The notes under the pieces are model-generated. The model had not been told where the DNA came from. It did not search any database and worked only from the letters and a program-made list of their open reading frames with translations. This document shows positions 37,940 to 47,053 of a stretch of DNA of 49,306 nucleotides, in pieces. Origin of the DNA: Candidatus Midichloriaceae bacterium (GTDB taxonomy: Bacteria > Pseudomonadota > Alphaproteobacteria > Rickettsiales > Midichloriaceae); the NCBI GenBank assembly GCA_965655955.1, contig CBFHIH010000001.1, positions 1 through 49,306 on the forward strand. Reading direction: 5' to 3'. Within the stretch, counting starts at the first letter, position 1. Each line of letters starts with the position of its first letter. The translations under genes and the position numbers were made by a program.

Positions 37940-38646
37940 TTTTTACACCTTTTTAAATATCTTTGCCACAAATCAGGCCTTTTTTCTTTCGTTTCTGCCT
38001 CAGAACTTTTCAATTTCCACTCATCTATTTCACGATGATGGCCAGAAACCAAAACCTCTGGAACACTTTTTCCTTTCCAAAGCAAAGGCTTGGTATACTG
38101 GGGATATTCAAGCAAAGACTCAAATAACTCAGTCCCGAAACTCTCACGCTTATAAGACGCTTCTTTTTTGAAAAAACCGGGAAGCATTCTTAAACAAGCA
38201 TCGATAAAAACAAAGCATGCAATATCTCCAGAAGACAAAACATAGTCCCCGATGCTTAAAGCTCTCAGATTATATTCCTTTATCACCCTTTCGTCAACAC
38301 CTTCAAATCTTGGGCATAAAATGTTCACCCCGCTATAGCCAGCAAATTCTTTTGCTAAATTCTGGTTAAACACTTCTCCTCTTGGCGAAAATACAATGCT
38401 TGGCAGCTCTTTTAAGTCAAAAAAATCTTCAATTGCATTGCCAACAACATCAGGACGCAAAAGCATCCCTTCTTTGCCACCATATGGATGATCATCCACA
38501 GTTCTGTGCTTATCCTTGGCATAATCCCTGATGTTCTTCACATTCATAGACCAAAAACCTTCCTCTTGCCGCTTTTTTGCAACAGAATATGCAAATGGCC
38601 CGGGGTATATCTCTTCAAATAATGTTAGAATGTTAATCTTCCACAT
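37936..38646 (-). CDS. trmD: tRNA (guanine37-N1)-methyltransferase
   Basis: INILTLFEEIYPGPF, DDHPYGGKEGMLLRPD, ILCPRFEGVDERV, SIGDYVLSGGDI-like SIGDYVLSSGDI, VLVSGHH. Confidence 0.92.
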   Translation of the reverse strand: MWKINILTLFEEIYPGPFAYSVAKKRQEEGFWSMNVKNIRDYAKDKHRTVDDHPYGGKEGMLLRPDVVGNAIEDFFDLKELPSIVFSPRGEVFNQNLAKEFAGYSGVNILCPRFEGVDERVIKEYNLRALSIGDYVLSSGDIACFVFIDACLRMLPGFFKKEASYKRESFGTELFESLLEYPQYTKPLLWKGKSVPEVLVSGHHREIDEWKLKSSEAETKEKRPDLWQRYLKRCKK

Positions 38647-38652
38647 CTATGC

Positions 38653-39180
38653 TTATAAATAATGGTAAACACGTTCATTGACAAATAGCGCCCTTTTGCC
38701 AAAATCAATTTTCGTTACATAATCTTGATTAAAAGGATAATATATTTCTTTATTGCCAATTTTCATTTCAAGCAAATCACCAGCCCCAAAATTGTCAGTG
38801 CCAATGATGCTGCCAAGCTCCTTTGTATCATGCCGCACACTCATATCAACAGCAGATAAAAAACACAGCTCTTGCTCAGACATCCCCAGTTTCTCTGTAG
38901 TATTTTTGTCTCCGAATAAATCACTTTCAAAGCATTCAGCTAAGTTTCTGTCAGTGACACCTTCTAAGTAACCGATTATCTTTTTGCCTGATTGTGCGAT
39001 TTTAATTTGATATTTTTTCCCTTGAGAGTCATAGAGAAGCTTTAAATCTAGTGCTTTGACCCCAATGTGAGAAAAGAAGGAGATCGCTCCCCTTATCCCA
39101 TGAGGAGATAAAGGGGACAAAACCAAAAAGAAGTCATTATCATCAAAATAACTTCCCACTATCTCTATATCAGTCAACAC
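38653..39180 (-). CDS. rimM: 16S rRNA processing protein RimM
   Basis: Lies between rpsP and trmD. N-terminal PHGIRGAI barrel and a C-terminal PRC-barrel pattern GSIIGTDNFGAGDLLEMKIGNKEIYYPFNQDYVTKID. Confidence 0.78.
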   Translation of the reverse strand: MLTDIEIVGSYFDDNDFFLVLSPLSPHGIRGAISFFSHIGVKALDLKLLYDSQGKKYQIKIAQSGKKIIGYLEGVTDRNLAECFESDLFGDKNTTEKLGMSEQELCFLSAVDMSVRHDTKELGSIIGTDNFGAGDLLEMKIGNKEIYYPFNQDYVTKIDFGKRALFVNERVYHYL

Positions 39181-39183
39181 AAT

Positions 39184-39498
39184 TTATGCTTGCGTTGCTT
39201 CTTCCTTTTTTTCAACAGCTTTGAAAACTTTTGGCTTCGGAGTGAAGTTTACTTCAGATGCCAAACCAAGAAACTTTCCAACCGTTTCAGTTGGCTGTGC
39301 TCCAACAGAAAGCCAATAATTCACTCTTTCATTGTCAAGCTTGACCCTGTTTTCATCTTCTTTGTTTAAAAGAGGATTATAGGTTCCGAGCCTTTCAAGG
39401 AATTTTCCATCTCTTGGACTTGTTGAATTTGCAGCAACAATCCTATAAAAAGGTCTTTTCTTCGACCCCATTCTCGTCAATCTTATTTTAACAGCCAT
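39184..39498 (-). CDS. rpsP: 30S ribosomal protein S16
   Basis: [43 protein letters not shown]. Confidence 0.95.
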   Translation of the reverse strand: MAVKIRLTRMGSKKRPFYRIVAANSTSPRDGKFLERLGTYNPLLNKEDENRVKLDNERVNYWLSVGAQPTETVGKFLGLASEVNFTPKPKVFKAVEKKEEATQA

Positions 39499-39587
39499 TC
39501 TTATCTTAACCTTAAAAGAATCTTTTTACACCAATTACAACGAATTGTAAAGCAGATTTGAAAAAACCTGCTTCACTATTTTCCACT

Positions 39588-40064
39588 TTACTTAATCACA
39601 GTTAAAGCTCTTCTATTTTGCCTGAAAGCTTCTTCTGTGTTGCCAAGAACAACAGGCCTTTCTTTGCCAAAACTGATGGTTGTCAATCTTTCAGGATTGA
39701 TGCCATTTTCCACTAAGAATTCCTTCACGCTGTTGGCACGCCTTTCTCCAAGCGCAAGGTTATATTCTATCGTTCCGCGTTTGTCACAATGCCCTTCAAT
39801 CACGAAATTCAAGTGCGAATGCTCTTTCATGAAAGCTGCTTGCTTTTTCAAAGTGTCTCTTGCTTCATCTGACAGCTCTTCGCTGTTAAATTCGAAGAAG
39901 ATTTTATCACCCACTTTGTTCTCAAGCGCTTCAAACAAAGCTGGAGAAACGGCATAGCCATCTTCAGACATTTGCACATCACTCATTGCACTGTCTTTTG
40001 GGGAATGAGAGCAACCAACAAGGCTCAAAACAAGAGCTGAACAACCAATCAATAATTTTTTCAT
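39588..40064 (-). CDS. pal: peptidoglycan-associated lipoprotein (OmpA-family)
   Basis: Lipobox LSLVGCS, and an OmpA-like domain IFFEFNSEELSDEARDTLKKQAAFM...IEGHCDKRGTIEYNLALGERRANSVKEFL. Confidence 0.85.
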   Translation of the reverse strand: MKKLLIGCSALVLSLVGCSHSPKDSAMSDVQMSEDGYAVSPALFEALENKVGDKIFFEFNSEELSDEARDTLKKQAAFMKEHSHLNFVIEGHCDKRGTIEYNLALGERRANSVKEFLVENGINPERLTTISFGKERPVVLGNTEEAFRQNRRALTVIK

Positions 40065-40145
40065 AATCTGTAAACTTTAATTACTAGTTAGTGAGATTCT
40101 ATATCTTTTTTTCATGAATGAAAAGAAAGTTTTTGTAAACACAAA

Positions 40146-40176
40146 ATAAAAAAAAGCTCCCAAAAACAGGAGCCTT
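40146..40176 (-). terminator. intrinsic terminator downstream of flagellin
   Basis: On the minus-strand RNA: GGCUCC-UGUUUUUG-GGAGCU followed by U8. It lies about 25 nt after the flagellin stop. Confidence 0.65.
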
Positions 40177-40200
40177 TTTCGAAGATTCTTAAAAAAAGAA

Positions 40201-41382
40201 TTAAACCGCAGACAAAACTTGAGAAAGTTGCTGTGGAACACCAATTTGAACCGCTTGCGCTTTGATTGCAGCAGTCAATTTAGCATTATTTTGCGCTATT
40301 TGTTTTGTCACTTCTGTGAAATCTGCACTCAAATACTGCTCCTCAGCAGCAGTCATGTTTTCAACACTTGTTGCAAGGTTGTCAATCGCCTTATTAACCC
40401 TAGATTGATATGCCCCAATTGTTGCAGTTCCTTCTAATATGGCAGATATAGCGCCTGGTATCGGAGCAGCATTGACGCCGACAAACCCATCTTTTTTAAC
40501 CAATATATTTCCTCCCGCATCCTTAATATCAGCGCCACTTGTAAGGCCAATGTAAGGAGTTAAATCAAGTGGCTGAGAAGAACTGTCAACAGTTATTTCA
40601 ATAAATTTACCAGACTGAACTGTCTTACCAATAAGCTGAGCCATACCAGTAAGATCAGCACCCTTTGCAATATCGGTATAAGTTCCAGCACCTAATTTTG
40701 TGTTTAAGTCGGCCCCGTCTATGTCAGCACTAGCAGTGGCGCCTTTTAACATATCAGCAGTGATTTTGGTGCCTGCTGGGATTTCGAATTGATATGTCCC
40801 TGGAGCAGCTTCTGGTTGTGTCATTGCATTTTTAACAGATTCAGCTGTAGCTAGATCAACACTGTCAACTCCCAAAGCCCCTGCAGTGAATGAAGGAAGA
40901 TTAATTTCAAGCTGTTGACCAAGTCCAACTGGAACGTTTATCCCGTTGCTCTTGTTAGAAATATCACCATTTAACAAATTGATGCCGTTGAATGTTGCAG
41001 AGTCAATCACCGTGCCAATCTGCTCTTTCACTTGCTGAGCTTCTGAGTTGATTTTTGCTCTCTCAGCGTCACTGTTTGTTCCATTTCCTGCCATAATCGC
41101 AAGGTCATTCAGCCTTTGCACCAAAGACTGTACAGATTTCGCAGCGCCATATGCAATGTTCAAAACTGCAGAAGCCTGATTTGCACCCTTCAATGACTCA
41201 CGAAGTGCGCTCACATTTCCTTTCAATTTCGTACCAATCGCCAAACCAGCTGGATCTTCATATGCATATGTGATTCTTTCGCCCGTTAAAAGCTTTTTTG
41301 CATACAAGTCCTGATTTTTCAAAATATTATTTATCCCAGTCTCAGTGCCTGTGATGTTAATGTTTGTTATAGAAGCAACCAT
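40201..41382 (-). CDS. fliC: flagellin
   Basis: N-terminal D0/D1 (MVASITNINI..., LLTGERITYAYEDPAGLAIGTKL, RLNDLAIMAGNGTNSDAERAKINSEAQQVKEQI, FNGINLLNG) and a C-terminal flagellin domain (IGAYQSRVNKAIDNLATSVENMTAAEEQYLSADFTEVTKQIAQNNAKL). I use the start at the internal ATG (41380-41382) rather than the ORF-track start at 41439. Confidence 0.88.
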   Translation of the reverse strand: MVASITNINITGTETGINNILKNQDLYAKKLLTGERITYAYEDPAGLAIGTKLKGNVSALRESLKGANQASAVLNIAYGAAKSVQSLVQRLNDLAIMAGNGTNSDAERAKINSEAQQVKEQIGTVIDSATFNGINLLNGDISNKSNGINVPVGLGQQLEINLPSFTAGALGVDSVDLATAESVKNAMTQPEAAPGTYQFEIPAGTKITADMLKGATASADIDGADLNTKLGAGTYTDIAKGADLTGMAQLIGKTVQSGKFIEITVDSSSQPLDLTPYIGLTSGADIKDAGGNILVKKDGFVGVNAAPIPGAISAILEGTATIGAYQSRVNKAIDNLATSVENMTAAEEQYLSADFTEVTKQIAQNNAKLTAAIKAQAVQIGVPQQLSQVLSAV

Positions 41383-41540
41383 ATTAATAAACCTAAATTT
41401 AATTTTTAAAGACTTCTGTCTAATTTTGACTACTGTCATTTATGACAATGACAATATCACCACAAACAGTTTATCGCAATATCTTTTAACGCAAAATAAT
41501 ATTACAATGCCAAGACTTGCAAAAATCTTGGGAAGGAATT

Positions 41541-43475
41541 ATGCGTCGCACACTGGGCATATCGCCTGTTTTGGTTGGCATTGGCACGCTCATCAAACTT
41601 ACTGAATTTAATGAAAAAATATTAATACTTTCTTTGGTGTTGGCATTTTTCTTACTTTTTTTTAAAAAATTCAACTCTTTGGCGAGAGCGTTTGCAGTTT
41701 ACATAACATTTGTGGCAATAGGCTATTTCTCTGCTTTTTTAAGAATTTACAGCATCAACATTGCCAACATCGAGAGCTTCAAGGGAAAGATTGCGGGGGA
41801 AATCACAAAAACAGAAAGCAGAGACGGTAAACAGAAATTAACATTAGATAACTTGATTTTTCACTCCACTTCAAAAATGAGTGGACAAGTTAGAATCACA
41901 ACCAGGCAAAAAGAGAGCTTTGAAATTGGTGATATAATTGAGGCAAATGTGAGCTTAATAGCGCCAGAAAGGCCAAGCATACCAGGCAGCTTTGATTACA
42001 AAAGGCACGCCTTCTTTCAAAAAATCTTTGCAATTGGCTATGCCACAAGCAAAATCAACGTCATTCAAAAAAGCAATAAATCGAGCATATTAGAAGCACT
42101 TAGGCAAAAAATCTCTGAGCATTTTTATCTCAACATGGACAAAAACAACGCCGCAATTGCCAAAGCTCTTTTTTTAGGGGACACCAAGCAAATTAACAAC
42201 AAAGATTACGAAGCTGTTAGAACATCTGGTATCGCACATTTGTTAGCAATTTCAGGGATGCACATCGCACTTGTTGCCACGCTGATTTATTTCAGCTTCA
42301 CATTATTGCTCCTCAAGATCCACAACACGACATTCAGGCTTTACAGCAAAAAGATCATCGCATTCATCACATGCATCTTTGCACTGGCATATCTGCTGTT
42401 ATCAGGCGCACCAATTTCAGCGCAAAGAGCATTCATCATGACATCTTTGGTGCTTTTTGGCATCATCATTGACAGAAACACCTCGCCCATCAGAACAATC
42501 ATCTTAGCTGCAAACATAATATTGCTCACCACCCCAGAAGCAATTCTCACACCAAGCTTTCAGATGTCTTTCTCAGCATGCTTATCTTTAATATACGGCT
42601 TTAACTTTCTCAATAAATACAGATTCTTCCAATCTCTTGAAGGCAGCAACTCAAGGAAAATATTGCGTTATTTCTTGGCAATCATCCTCTCAAGTGTTTT
42701 TGCAACAATTGCCACAACCCCTTTTGTGATATATCACTTCAAAAACTTTCAGATATACTCAGTTCTCACAAACCTAGTTGCCATCCCACTTGCAGAATTC
42801 ATCATCATGCCATTTGGTATTTTGGGGATATTGTTGATCCCCTTGGGTCTTGAAAATCTTGGGTTTTTTCCGATGGAGACAGGCATCGCAGCTTTGCTTT
42901 TCATATCCCGCAAAATCGCTGAACTGCCACATGCCTCAATTGGCGTTTATAATTTTACAAGCGAAGCGTTATTATCCCTGATTGCCGCAATAATAATATT
43001 CACAACAACAAAAAAGAAGTTATGGATCCTCAGCATGCCATTGCTGCTTTTTTGTATATATAACATGTCCTCAACCACACTGCCTGATATCATAATAGAC
43101 AAGCAAGGGAAGTTACTTACAGTTAAAAACATTAAAACTGGCAGCCTAGAGCTGTTTTTGGGGCAACAGCAAAGATACAAAAAGATGATATGGCAACAAA
43201 ATCTCGGAGTGCAAATTCCACCAAAACAATGGCGCGATAAACACTGCAATAAACAAGTATGCTTTTTTCAAGATTATAACACCGCAGTCATCAAAAGCAC
43301 TGAGCAGATAAGTTTTGCGTTCGAAGAACCTATTTCATTGCTGATTAATCTAACAGATAATCCGAACATTCAGCTTCGTGCAAGCAAGACCATACATATA
43401 CAAGATTTAAAAACACACGGCACACATCTGATTTGGTTTGAGAAAAAAGGCATAAAAATCATCTCTATGCCTTAA
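41541..43475 (+). CDS. comEC: ComEC/Rec2-family DNA internalisation channel protein
   Basis: Polytopic membrane protein with the competence-domain pattern (FDYKRHAFFQKIFAIGY, SGIAHLLAISGMHIALVA, LSGAPISAQRAFIM). ATG at 41541 is preceded by GGAAGGA; the ORF-track TTG at 41517 is an alternative. No obvious C-terminal metallo-beta-lactamase HxHxDH motif. Confidence 0.8.
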   Translation: MRRTLGISPVLVGIGTLIKLTEFNEKILILSLVLAFFLLFFKKFNSLARAFAVYITFVAIGYFSAFLRIYSINIANIESFKGKIAGEITKTESRDGKQKLTLDNLIFHSTSKMSGQVRITTRQKESFEIGDIIEANVSLIAPERPSIPGSFDYKRHAFFQKIFAIGYATSKINVIQKSNKSSILEALRQKISEHFYLNMDKNNAAIAKALFLGDTKQINNKDYEAVRTSGIAHLLAISGMHIALVATLIYFSFTLLLLKIHNTTFRLYSKKIIAFITCIFALAYLLLSGAPISAQRAFIMTSLVLFGIIIDRNTSPIRTIILAANIILLTTPEAILTPSFQMSFSACLSLIYGFNFLNKYRFFQSLEGSNSRKILRYFLAIILSSVFATIATTPFVIYHFKNFQIYSVLTNLVAIPLAEFIIMPFGILGILLIPLGLENLGFFPMETGIAALLFISRKIAELPHASIGVYNFTSEALLSLIAAIIIFTTTKKKLWILSMPLLLFCIYNMSSTTLPDIIIDKQGKLLTVKNIKTGSLELFLGQQQRYKKMIWQQNLGVQIPPKQWRDKHCNKQVCFFQDYNTAVIKSTEQISFAFEEPISLLINLTDNPNIQLRASKTIHIQDLKTHGTHLIWFEKKGIKIISMP

Positions 43476-43484
43476 AATTTAGAT

Positions 43485-43949
43485 TTATGTCAAATTTTTA
43501 CAAAATTTCAACACTTCATCAGCATGTCCTTTTGGAGAAACTTTTTTCCACAGCTTTTTCACCACACCATCTTTAGCAATCAAATAAGTCGATCTAACAA
43601 TGCCCATGTATGTTTTGCCATACATCTTTTTCTCTTGCCAAACACCATATGCACTGCACAATGCACCGTCTTCATCTGAAATCAGAGGGTATGGTATTGA
43701 GTGCTTCTCGATGAATTTCTTGTGTAACTCTAAAGAATCTCTTGAAACACCAATAATTTCAACATCAAGCTTTTTAAAATCATCATATTTCTCAGAAAAA
43801 TCTTGAGCCTGCGTTGTGCAACCAGGCGTCATATCCTTCGGATAAAAATACAAAACAACATCTTTGTTCACTCCACCCAAAGTAATTTCCCCCTTTGTTG
43901 ATTTTGCAATAAAATCCCCCGCTCTTTCTCCTTCAGCAAAATATGTCAT
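43485..43949 (-). CDS. bcp: thioredoxin-dependent thiol peroxidase (Bcp / PrxQ)
   Basis: VVLYFYPKDMTPGCTTQA (peroxidatic Cys), GVSRDS, SDEDG. 154 aa. Confidence 0.9.
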   Translation of the reverse strand: MTYFAEGERAGDFIAKSTKGEITLGGVNKDVVLYFYPKDMTPGCTTQAQDFSEKYDDFKKLDVEIIGVSRDSLELHKKFIEKHSIPYPLISDEDGALCSAYGVWQEKKMYGKTYMGIVRSTYLIAKDGVVKKLWKKVSPKGHADEVLKFCKNLT

Positions 43950-44012
43950 AGATATTACCGATTTATTATATCATCAATAATATCTATACTTGAATTCAGT
44001 AAATTCACAGCT

Positions 44013-44753
44013 TTATCTTGCCTTTGAAAACTCTTGAGCACCGACGCCTTGTAGGATTCTCTCTGTGTGCTTGCCAACATCTTCCCCCAATTCTTCTGAG
44101 GCATACACAACAGCTGGCCTATTATCTACCTTAACATCATTTTTAATAGCCCACATAATAGCTGGCTCACCTGAGGCTTGAAGATTATTATCAACTGCAT
44201 ATTTCAAAAATATGCTTCTGCCAGCAGCAGCTTCCCAATCCACAATCAGCTCAAGAGCAGGAATCTTATGCGAACCAACTTTCACATCATTCTCTAAAGC
44301 ATAATTTATCACATCGATGATTTGAGCAGCAGTAAACACCCCTTCTTGCATAGACTCTTCTGCATCACGCACGAAAAATTCGAAAACACTCTGCCCATTT
44401 GGCAAAATAACATTTTGCGCCACCTGCTCTTTTACCCTCTCCATCGTCACAGAAGAAGCTTTCATTGGATACTGCTGAGCCTCAAGCAAAACAGAATCCT
44501 TGACCTCCTCAAGCTTTTTATTTCCTTTTGTGTATTTATCAAAACAAGATTCAAAAATGTCGCCAGCATAAGAATATAAATGCGGATTATCAGAAAATAT
44601 TCTTTCTACAGCAGATCTATAAGTATCAACCAGCTTATCTCTTTTACCATACAGCTTAGCATATCTTTCTATTTCACTTAAAACTTGGCCTGTAACATTC
44701 GCCTCAAGATCATTTTCTTGAAGAAAAAGCATAAAGTCATCCTTCAAAGTCAT
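44013..44753 (-). CDS. hypothetical protein
   Basis: 246-aa ORF divergent from the intact MFS-HD gene. Soluble and acidic, with an internal repeat-like pair (INYALENDVKVGSHKIPALELIV / IMWAIKNDVKVDNRPAVVYA). No family recognised. Confidence 0.5.
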   Translation of the reverse strand: MTLKDDFMLFLQENDLEANVTGQVLSEIERYAKLYGKRDKLVDTYRSAVERIFSDNPHLYSYAGDIFESCFDKYTKGNKKLEEVKDSVLLEAQQYPMKASSVTMERVKEQVAQNVILPNGQSVFEFFVRDAEESMQEGVFTAAQIIDVINYALENDVKVGSHKIPALELIVDWEAAAGRSIFLKYAVDNNLQASGEPAIMWAIKNDVKVDNRPAVVYASEELGEDVGKHTERILQGVGAQEFSKAR

Positions 44754-44947
44754 AACATCCCCCTTATTGTTATCCTAGGCAAACGTTAGCATAAAAAAAG
44801 CTCTGGGGTCAAGATATAATTTAGCTTGCATAGGTTCGTAACATAAGACCGTTGTATAGCGCAATATCTTTAATTTTTCACACTGAGTGAGGCATAAAAA
44901 GAGGTGTTTTAGTATATAGTTTGATAATTCACATATCTTGATGTATC

Positions 44948-46930
44948 GTGAATAATTCAACATATCATCATATGGAATTTATGAACAATCAGAAAATCAC
45001 CAAAGAACAAAGAGGAGCCATCGCACTGCTTTCAATTGGTACATTTTTAGAATATTTTGATTTGATGCTATATGTGCATATGGCTGTGCTTCTCAATGAT
45101 CTTTTTTTTCCACAAACTGATCCCTGGACAGCTAAATTGCTTGCGAGCACTGCTTTTTGCTTAACATTCATTCTAAGACCTGCAGGAGGATATATAATAG
45201 GAAGAATAGGTGATTCAGTGGGTAGAAAAAAGACAATCATCTTCACAACGTCAATGATGGCAATTGCATGTATTTCTATGGCATTCATGCCAACTTATAA
45301 AAATGCTGGCATAGCCGCATCAGTCGGAGTAATATTATGCAGAATGCTTCAAGGATTTTCTTCTTTAGGTGAAGGAATAGGGGCATCGGTTTATTTGTCA
45401 GAAAACTTCAAGTCACCAACCAAATATATTGGCGGTGGATTAATAGAATTTTCTTGCATAATGGGCACATTTTTTGCATTAGCAGTTGCGACATTCGTTA
45501 TGTACTCAGGATTTAGTTGGAGGATAGTCTTTGGCATTGGAGCGGCAGTTGCTTTAATTGGTGTTGTTGCACGAACTACACTTAGAGAATCGCCTGAGTT
45601 TTTAAAATACAAAAAGCATTCAAACAATATACCTCATATAAAAGTGAAAAAAGAATGCATCATTGGATTGTTTTTCTATATAATGGTGACACCCATTGGC
45701 TTTTATATGGCCTATGTATACCTTCCTGACGTGATGAAGACTGAGTTAGGCATGAGTGCCACAGATATCATCAATCATAACCTTAAAGCCTCGATAGCTG
45801 AAGCGGTAGTGTGTTTAATACTCATTCTTGTTTATAAATTCATGCATCCACTTGAAATTACAAAAGTGTCAGTCATGATGTTTCTCCTTATATCACTGAT
45901 GATGCCCTATGCACTTGGTAATATAGAAACTATAGGAGGAGAAGGATTTATTTATATCTTCCAATTCGCCTTGACGCAAATAGGTTTGAATAGCTGGTTA
46001 ATGTGGTATAGATACTTCCCTATTTATAACAGATTCACATCATCTGCGACAACTTTTGGTGTTTCAAGCACCTTGGGGTATGTTATATCAGCTTTTGGAT
46101 TCCCATTTTTGACAGAAATCTTTGGTTATTACGGTATATGGTTCATATTGATACCAGTGCTTATAGGTTACATGTATGCCGTTCACATTATCACTGAGTT
46201 AGAAGTGAAAAATGAACGTTATTACAATTATCCATATACAGATGATGAAGTTCAAGAATATGAATATAGATATGGTTACAAACTTGGGAAAGAATATGCT
46301 CCATATGAAAATGAATGCGAATATTCCAAAAAATTGATCAGCGCGTTAGAAGAGATGAACAAAACAGCAAAGTTCCCTGTTAATATCATGCTGGTAAAAA
46401 AAGCCATCACCTTTGCAAAAAAGTGGCATGATGGACAAACGAGAAAATCTGGCGAACCTTATTATAGCCATCCTCTAGCAGTTGCAAAACTTGTGGCACA
46501 ATATAAGTTCAAGACAAGCGTTATAGTTGCCGCAATATTGCATGATGTCCTTGAAGACACGAAATGCACAACTGAATTAATTATGTCCGAATTCACCGTG
46601 AAAATTGGAGAGATGGTCGCTTTATTAACCAGAAAACATCAGGAGAATAAAACGACAGTTGGTGAATCAATCAGAAGGATGGTTGAAGGAACAAATTATG
46701 AAGCGATGCTAATAAAAGGATTGGATAGATTGCATAATCTTCAAACAATTGGAGCTCTTGCACCAGAAAAGCAACGTGAGATAGCAAAGGAGACAATATA
46801 TGATATAGCTGATGCCATACCATATGCTGTTGATAATCTTAATATCGATGACAAAAGAAAGCTTGAAAGAAAAATTGATGAATTAGTACAAAAGACATTA
46901 GAGAACAATGTGATGAAGAGCCTTCCATAG
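44948..46930 (+). CDS. MFS transporter (ProP-like) fused to a SpoT/RelA-type HD (ppGpp hydrolase) domain
   Basis: N-terminal ~440 aa have MFS features (LSIGTFLEYFDLMLY, GGYIIGRIGDSVGRKK, many TM helices). C-terminal ~190 aa have intact HD-hydrolase motifs (AKKWHDGQTRKSGEPYYSHPLAVA, AAILHDVLEDT, GLDRLHNLQTI). No synthetase domain. The likely start is the ATG at 44981, by comparison with the paralog. Confidence 0.85.
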   Translation: MNNSTYHHMEFMNNQKITKEQRGAIALLSIGTFLEYFDLMLYVHMAVLLNDLFFPQTDPWTAKLLASTAFCLTFILRPAGGYIIGRIGDSVGRKKTIIFTTSMMAIACISMAFMPTYKNAGIAASVGVILCRMLQGFSSLGEGIGASVYLSENFKSPTKYIGGGLIEFSCIMGTFFALAVATFVMYSGFSWRIVFGIGAAVALIGVVARTTLRESPEFLKYKKHSNNIPHIKVKKECIIGLFFYIMVTPIGFYMAYVYLPDVMKTELGMSATDIINHNLKASIAEAVVCLILILVYKFMHPLEITKVSVMMFLLISLMMPYALGNIETIGGEGFIYIFQFALTQIGLNSWLMWYRYFPIYNRFTSSATTFGVSSTLGYVISAFGFPFLTEIFGYYGIWFILIPVLIGYMYAVHIITELEVKNERYYNYPYTDDEVQEYEYRYGYKLGKEYAPYENECEYSKKLISALEEMNKTAKFPVNIMLVKKAITFAKKWHDGQTRKSGEPYYSHPLAVAKLVAQYKFKTSVIVAAILHDVLEDTKCTTELIMSEFTVKIGEMVALLTRKHQENKTTVGESIRRMVEGTNYEAMLIKGLDRLHNLQTIGALAPEKQREIAKETIYDIADAIPYAVDNLNIDDKRKLERKIDELVQKTLENNVMKSLP

Positions 46931-47053
46931 ATATATTTGCGAAGATAGATTGTAATAACGTCATTGAATTTTCGCCTAATATTAGGGATTTTATTGTTGT
47001 TTATTCCGATCTCTTGTGTAGAATTGCTGAGAAGAACATTTTGAATTTATGTT

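Noticed and set aside
41471-41478. A sigma-28 (FliA) promoter for flagellin.
   Set aside because: Only a 6/8 match to the -10 element GCCGATAA is present, and there is no TAAA -35 at the required ~15-nt spacing. This is not enough to call a promoter.
41541-43475. ComEC lacking the C-terminal metallo-beta-lactamase nuclease domain as a notable truncation.
   Set aside because: I could not find an HxHxDH motif by eye. However, short ComEC/Rec2 forms are common, and I cannot verify domain content without an HMM search, so I do not flag it as a finding.
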